64,000 nt of DNA from assembly GCA_977017575.1 (NCBI GenBank), contig CDRNVI010000164.1, positions 310,001 to 374,000 of the forward strand, read 5' to 3'. Below the pieces are notes generated by a model. That model was not told the DNA's origin. It made no database searches and was given only the letters and a program-made list of their open reading frames with translations. Positions 58,307-64,000 of this stretch are shown here, one piece after another (position 1 is the stretch's first letter; every line of letters starts with the position of its first letter). Source of the DNA: Paramoeba atlantica. Taxonomy: Eukaryota; Protista; Discosea. The position numbers were made by a program, and so were the translations under genes.

Positions 58307-58873
58307 ATGACTTCTTTCTTAGTAGAACAAGCTGTTTCCTCTCAAGTTGGAGATGCAAAAGACTCCATGGGGTCTCTCTCTCTTTCTTTCTTTTTCAAAC
58401 CACCTTTCCTTTGTTTTTTTTCAATTGATTTTTCTTTTTTTCTTTTCAGATTCGGAGATGAAGACAAAGGAGAGTCAGATCAAGAAAGGAGAAAAAGGTA
58501 CCAAGAACACGAACAGAGAGAAAGGGAAAATGATAGAAAGTTAAAAGAGAAGGCAGATCGCCGACATGAATCATCACGGGTCAAGAACGATGCCTTGCGA
58601 TCAAAGTAAGCCAAATTCATTTTTCTCCTTTTTTTCTCTTCTCTGCCTTCTTTGGGAACTGTTCTTGTGATTATGGAATATCCAAGAATCTTCGTTTTTA
58701 AGAATCTTTTTGCTTGATACTCCTTTATTGAATGATCTCTTAGGTATGGACTATCAGATAAAAAGAAAGGCAGCCAATACCAACCAATCGGTACTTCCGA
58801 AAGAGCTTCGCTTCTTCGTTCTCCTCCACCACCACGAGAAAAGGGGTGTTGTCAATCTTGCGTTCTCCTGTGA
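58307..58873 (+). CDS. Complexin-like 116-aa helical protein with CAAX (3 exons)
   Basis: Exons 58307-58371, 58450-58605 and 58744-58873 (GT-AG) give MTSFLVEQAVSSQVGDAKDSMGFGDEDKGESDQERRKRYQEHEQRERENDRKLKEKADRRHESSRVKNDALRSKYGLSDKKKGSQYQPIGTSERASLLRSPPPPREKGCCQSCVLL. Confidence 0.65.
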
Positions 58874-59327
58874 TTTTTCTTCAAAGGAAGTCCACTGAAC
58901 AGAGAGTTTCCTTTTGTCTGTAGACTTAATCTCCCATAATAACCACAACAATCACCCACCAACAAGAAATAACTCATCTTGTTGGGCAGTTCAAAAAGGG
59001 ATCTTTTACCCAACCCTTTTTTTTGAATTTTAACTTGTTGGTAGCTCGAATATTCTGGAAGAATATCAAACAAACAAAGATATTTATCAATAACCACAAC
59101 TGTAACTGTGTTATCCCTTTGAAAGACCAGACTTTTCTCGATTTGATTAATTTATTGATTTGATAGGGTGAATGAGAAACGGAAATTCTTTGGAGTCAAA
59201 ACTCATCATTAACATTCTTGATAGAGTTTCAATAACATCTTTCTCTTCAGAACAAACGAGCTCGACAACACTTATCTCTTCTCAAGAAAAGTGTTGGGAA
59301 GTGAAGTTAATTACAATTGTTCTTTTT

Positions 59328-59921
59328 TCACGTCAGAACACAACTACGCTGATTTTTCTTCGACTGTTTCGTTTTCTTGATTGGAACAGAACGAATTGCT
59401 TCATCAAAAACCTGTTTGACGTCTTCAGAACTCATTGCACTGCACTCCACATACTTTGCTCCAATGTCTTTCGCAAGCTCGCTTCCCGTCTCTTTTGAAA
59501 TTGGTTTCAATCCTCTTTCCATCTCCAAGATTGCAAAAGTATCAGATCGAAGATCACACTTAGTTCCTACGAGAATAATTTCTGCAGAAGGACAATGGTG
59601 TTCGATTTCTGGAATCCACTTGCATTGGACATTCTCAAAGGATGATGGAGACATCACTGAGAAACAGACCAAGAAAACATCTGTGTTTGAGTAAGAAAGA
59701 GGGCGCAATCGATCATACTCCTCTTGGCCTGTTGTATCCCACAGACCCAAGCAGATTAGTTTTTCCCCCACGAAGCAGAGGCTTTCATGATTCTCGAAAA
59801 CTGTTGGGATGGACTGTGTCGGGAAAGATTTTTTTGTATAGGCAATTAACAAGCAAGTCTTCCCAACAGTTCCATCCCCAACCACAACACACTTAATTGT
59901 TTGTACGATGGTCTTTTCCAT
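59328..59921 (-). CDS. Atypical Rac/Rho-family GTPase, intronless, CAAX CVLT
   Basis: [31 protein letters not shown] and ECSA. Confidence 0.92.
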   Translation of the reverse strand: MEKTIVQTIKCVVVGDGTVGKTCLLIAYTKKSFPTQSIPTVFENHESLCFVGEKLICLGLWDTTGQEEYDRLRPLSYSNTDVFLVCFSVMSPSSFENVQCKWIPEIEHHCPSAEIILVGTKCDLRSDTFAILEMERGLKPISKETGSELAKDIGAKYVECSAMSSEDVKQVFDEAIRSVPIKKTKQSKKNQRSCVLT

Positions 59922-60431
59922 TTTTTTTGTTTACAAGTCTTCGTTCGCAAGATTCCCTCCATTGAACTTCAGAAAGGAACTTCTGAAACTATTTTCAGTT
60001 ATTGATCCCCAGGAATGACCTTTTAGGGCAGGAAGTCCCGAACCAATTTGGAACTCCAAATTTTGGTGAAAAGAGAACGAATTTCTTGTCATTGACAATT
60101 GGTTGTTCATTCGAAAGTTCAAATCGAGGAACAGGTCTGAAAGATAAGAAGAAAATTTTGAATGAATTAATTTATTTGGTTGGGTGAAAAAGAAACCAAG
60201 GTGGTTGTCAGATGTTCAAAGAGAATCTCTCTCTTTCAACCAAATGATGCAACCCAATATCGTGTTTCTCTCCGAAAGTTTTCTCATCTCTCTCAATAAA
60301 GGTGATGGAAGTGGATTAGGAGAGTATTAAAACTGCCAGCTCCACCAAAAAGACAACTGCCTCTTTGGCTCACAGAGAAGAGGCGAAAAGGCGGTTTAAC
60401 AGATATATAGTTCACTTCAAATCCTCTTTTC

Positions 60432-61022
60432 TCACATCAAAATACAACCATGGCGATTTTTCTTCGATGGCTTCATTTGAAGAGGTGGATAAAGAACTAA
60501 ACGAACTGCTTCATCAAAAACATCTTTGACACCTTGAGAAGTCTTTGCACTGCATTCCACATATCTTGCTGCTCCAATATCTTTCGCAAGCCCACTTCCC
60601 ATCTCGTTCGAAATTGGTTCCAAATCTCTTTCCTCCATTTTCGACATTGCAAAAGGGTCAGATTGAAGATCACACTTAGTTCCTACGAGAAGAATTTTTG
60701 CAGAAGGACAGTGGTGTTCGATTTCTCCAATCCACTTGCATCGGACATTCTCAAAGGATGATGGAGACATCACTGAGAAACAAACCAAGAAAACATCTGT
60801 GCCAGGGTAAGAAAGAGGGCGCAATCGATCATACTCTCCTTGGCCTGCTGTGTCCCACAGACCCAAGTTGATGGACTTTCCATCGACTTGGCTCATGTTT
60901 CCGTAATTATCGAAAACTGTGGGGATGTATTCTTGTGGGAAAGAATTTGTTGTGTACACAATGAACAAACAAGTTTTTCCAACAGCTCCGTCTCCAACCA
61001 CAACACACTTAATTGATTGCAT
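60432..61022 (-). CDS. Rac/Rho-family GTPase, intronless, CAAX CILM
   Basis: [26 protein letters not shown] and ECSAK. Confidence 0.95.
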   Translation of the reverse strand: MQSIKCVVVGDGAVGKTCLFIVYTTNSFPQEYIPTVFDNYGNMSQVDGKSINLGLWDTAGQGEYDRLRPLSYPGTDVFLVCFSVMSPSSFENVRCKWIGEIEHHCPSAKILLVGTKCDLQSDPFAMSKMEERDLEPISNEMGSGLAKDIGAARYVECSAKTSQGVKDVFDEAVRLVLYPPLQMKPSKKNRHGCILM

Positions 61023-61462
61023 CTTTTTCTTTTTCCTTTTCTTTTCTCTTCCAAAACGATTTGTAAGAAACAAGAAGAGAGGAGGTGAACAGTTTTGAGT
61101 GAAAACAGGATGACCTTTTATGGGAATCGGAAGTCGTGAACCAATTTGGAATTCCAGATTTTGTGGAAAGAGAACGAATTTCTTGTCATTGGCAATTGGC
61201 AATTGGTTGTTCATTCAAAAGTTCAAATAAAGGAACAGGTCCTGAAAGAAAAGAAGAAATTTTGGATGAATTAATTAATTTATTTGGTTGGGTGAAAAAG
61301 AAACCAAGGTGGTTGTCAGATGTTCAAAGAGAATCTCTCTCTCTTTCAACCAAATGATGAACAACCCAATATCGTGTTTCTCTCCGAAAGTTTTCTCATC
61401 TCTCTCTCTCAATAAAGGTGGTTGAATAAAAATGAAGATAGTTCACTTCAAATCCTCTTTTC

Positions 61463-62053
61463 TCACATCAAAATACAACCATGGCGATTTTTCTTCGATG
61501 GCTTCATTTGAAGAGGTGGATAAAGAACTGAACGAATTGCTTCATTAAAAACACGTTTCACACCTTGAGAAGTCTTTGCACTGCATTCCACATATCTTGT
61601 TGCTCCAATCTCTTTCGCAAGCTCACTTCCCATCTCGTTCGAAATTGGTTCCAAATCTCTTTCCTCCATTTTCGACATTACAGAAGGGTCAGATCGAAGA
61701 TCACACTTAGTTCCTACGAGAATAATTTTTGCAGAAGGACAATGTTGTTCGATTTCTCCAATCCACTTGCATCGGACATTCTCAAAGGATGATGGAGACA
61801 TCACTGAGAAACAAACCAAGAAAACATCTGTGCTTGGGTAAGAAAGAGGGCGCAATCGATCATAGTCTTCTTGGCCTGCTGTATCCCACAGACCCAAGTT
61901 GATGGACTTTCCATCGACTTGGCAATGGGTTCCGTAATTATCGGAAACTGTTGGGATGTATTCTTGTGGGAAAGAATTTGTTGTGTACACAATCAACAAA
62001 CAAGTTTTTCCGACAGCTCCGTCTCCAACCACAACACACTTAATTGTTTGCAT
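61463..62053 (-). CDS. Rac/Rho-family GTPase, intronless, CAAX CILM
   Basis: [17 protein letters not shown] and WDTAGQEDY. Confidence 0.95.
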   Translation of the reverse strand: MQTIKCVVVGDGAVGKTCLLIVYTTNSFPQEYIPTVSDNYGTHCQVDGKSINLGLWDTAGQEDYDRLRPLSYPSTDVFLVCFSVMSPSSFENVRCKWIGEIEQHCPSAKIILVGTKCDLRSDPSVMSKMEERDLEPISNEMGSELAKEIGATRYVECSAKTSQGVKRVFNEAIRSVLYPPLQMKPSKKNRHGCILM

Positions 62054-62482
62054 CTTTTTCCTTTTTTTCTTTTCTTTTCTCTTCCAAAACGATTTGTAAG
62101 AAACATCTTTCTCGAACTTCAAGAAAAAGGGAACCAAGAAACGAGGAGGTGAAAAGTTTTTAGCGAAAACGGGGTGACCTTTTATGGGAATCGGAAGTCG
62201 TGAACCAATTCCAGATTTTGAAGAGAACTGACTGTACCACTCAAAAGTTCAAATAAAGGAACAGGTCCTGAAAGAAAAGAAGAAATTTTGAATGAATTAA
62301 TTTATTTGGTTGGGTGAAAGAAACCAAGGTGGTTGTCAGATGTTCAAAGAGAATCTCTCTCTCTTTCAACCAAATGATGAACAACCCAATATCGTGTTTC
62401 TCTCCGAAAGTTTTCTCATCTCTCTCTCTCAATAAAGGTGGTTGAATAAAAATGAAGACAGTTCACTCCAGACCCTCTTTTC

Positions 62483-63076
62483 TCACATCAAAATACAACC
62501 ACGGCGATTTTTCTTCGATGGCTTCATTTTCTGGACAGACGGAAAAAGAACTGAACGAATTGCTTCATCAAAAACACTTTTCACACCTTGAGAAGTCATT
62601 GCACTGCATTCCACATATCTTGCTGCTCCAATATCTTTCGCAAGCCCACTTCCCATCTCGTTTGAAATTGGTTCCAAACCTCTTTCCTCCATTTTCGACA
62701 TTGCAAAAGGGTCAGATCGAAGATCACACTTAGTTCCTACGAGAATAATTTTTGCAGAAGAACAATAGTGTTCGATCTCTGGAATCCACTTGCATCGGAC
62801 ATTCTCAAAGGATGATGGAGACATCACTGAGAAACAAACCAAGAAAACATCTGTGCTTGGGTAAGAAAGAGGGCGCAATCGATCATAGTCTTCTTGGCCT
62901 GCTGTGTCCCACAGACCCAAGTTGATGACCTTTCCGTCGACTTGGCAATGAGTTCCGTAATTATCGAAAACTGTTGGGATGTATTCTTGTGGGAAAGAAT
63001 TTGTTGTGTACACAATCAACAGACAAGTTTTTCCAACAGCTCCGTCTCCAACCGCAACACACTTAATTGATTGCAT
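62483..63076 (-). CDS. Rac/Rho-family GTPase, intronless, CAAX CILM
   Basis: [17 protein letters not shown] and WDTAGQEDY. Confidence 0.95.
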   Translation of the reverse strand: MQSIKCVAVGDGAVGKTCLLIVYTTNSFPQEYIPTVFDNYGTHCQVDGKVINLGLWDTAGQEDYDRLRPLSYPSTDVFLVCFSVMSPSSFENVRCKWIPEIEHYCSSAKIILVGTKCDLRSDPFAMSKMEERGLEPISNEMGSGLAKDIGAARYVECSAMTSQGVKSVFDEAIRSVLFPSVQKMKPSKKNRRGCILM

Positions 63077-64000
63077 CTTTTTCCTTTTTCCTTTTCTTTT
63101 CTCTTCCAAAACGATTTGTAAGAAACATCTTTCTCGAACTTCAAGAAAAAGTGAACCAAGAAACGAGAAGTTGAAAAGTTTTTGGTGAAAACGGGAACGA
63201 CACCAATTATTTCCTTTTGTGTAGCAATAAAGTAAACCGATGTTTTTGGGGGTTCAAAACTTTGGCAAAAAACATTTATTTATTTCACAAATTGGATTGC
63301 ACTTTCAAATTAAAAATGAGGGAACGAAATACGTTTTTAAATGACAATAATTATCATTTTGGAACAGCAGAAGTATGTTTGGAGTGTCGCTTCCCACATT
63401 TTTCACAATAATAAGACCCACTCGTCTCTTGTTCAGCTCTCGCGAAAGAGAATTCATCCGGTTTTGCCAAGGTCGGTCCGTCTGTGAGGGAAGTAACAAA
63501 AGGTGAGATACTCAAGTTCGACAATGGATCAGCCATTGAGATGGACGGGATCTCTTTTGATGGGATCGCGCGTGACATGAAAGAGGAGGAGGGTGGGCCT
63601 CCAGAAAGGTTCGATGAAGGAGAAGAAGTACTACTGGACGAAGAAGAGGAAGAAGAGCAGCCCTTTGAGGAACTTGAACCTTTGCAAGAGGAGAGTGAAG
63701 AACCAGTCGGGCAACCAGGTGGAAGAGAAGGAGGAACAAGAAAGGGGACAGCCAATTTTCCATTGGATATTTTATGACAGGCCGCCATCAAGTCATAAGC
63801 GATTCCAGGAGATACAATAGAATCCTTTTTTTAAAAAAAAACAAAGCTTAGATTTCTAACTAAAGGGTAGGAGAGAAAAGAAGAAATGAGATTACATTTT
63901 TGTAGAAAGGATGTTTCTGAACAAAGGATCTCATCCAATTTGCAGTTGTTTGGAGTTCACCTGAAGCTCTCTTCCCTATAAACACCAGATACTGCCAAAA

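Larger units (their letters stand above)
59950..63180. repeat. Tandem duplication units of ~1.03 kb, each carrying a Rac gene plus spacer
   Basis: The spacer block AAGAAACCAAGGTGGTTGTCAGATGTTCAAAGAGAATCTCTC... recurs near 60190, 61300 and 62320. Confidence 0.9.

Noticed and set aside
58852-59300. Possible small two-exon minus-strand gene between the complexin-like gene and a Rac gene
   Set aside because: There is no clear start codon, it overlaps the complexin-like 3' end, and it has no motif.
63354-63791. Acidic plus-strand ORF and overlapping minus-strand ORF ending in YYCEKCGKRHSKH
   Set aside because: The coding strand cannot be decided and neither ORF has a convincing gene structure within the window.
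1-64000. rRNA, tRNA, CRISPR arrays, retroelement ORFs and a variant genetic code
   Set aside because: None was recognised by eye. TAA, TAG and TGA all terminate well-supported genes. Small ncRNAs cannot be excluded without covariance-model searches.

Overview
AT-rich, intron-rich eukaryotic DNA using GT-AG introns with T-rich tracts and the standard code. It is probably from a protist, and the Rac expansion and gene content suggest an amoebozoan (inference). Housekeeping-type genes include RPL37, a YIPF3-like gene, alkaline phosphatase, a ZCCHC9-like gene, a KCTD-like BTB protein and a TRIM-NHL protein. These are interleaved with tandem families: four serine carboxypeptidases, two O-fucosyltransferase-like genes, three small Cys/His-repeat genes and five intronless Rac-like GTPases. 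The main structure is a transposon nest. A ~9.6-kb P-superfamily element (17841-27442) has ~317-bp terminal inverted repeats and contains a 4.4-kb element with CACTTGTCG termini (18457-22843). The inner element encodes an apparently intact, spliced DDE transposase with RAG1/Transib/Chapaev-type motifs. Pogo-like and Sola2-like transposase remnants lie nearby. Other notable items are a spliced complexin-like CAAX protein (58307-58873), a large LRR/Cys-rich/7TM receptor-like gene and combinatorial mosaicism among the carboxypeptidase copies. All family assignments come from motif recognition by eye; no searches were run. Several single-base frameshifts fall in homopolymers and may be assembly errors.
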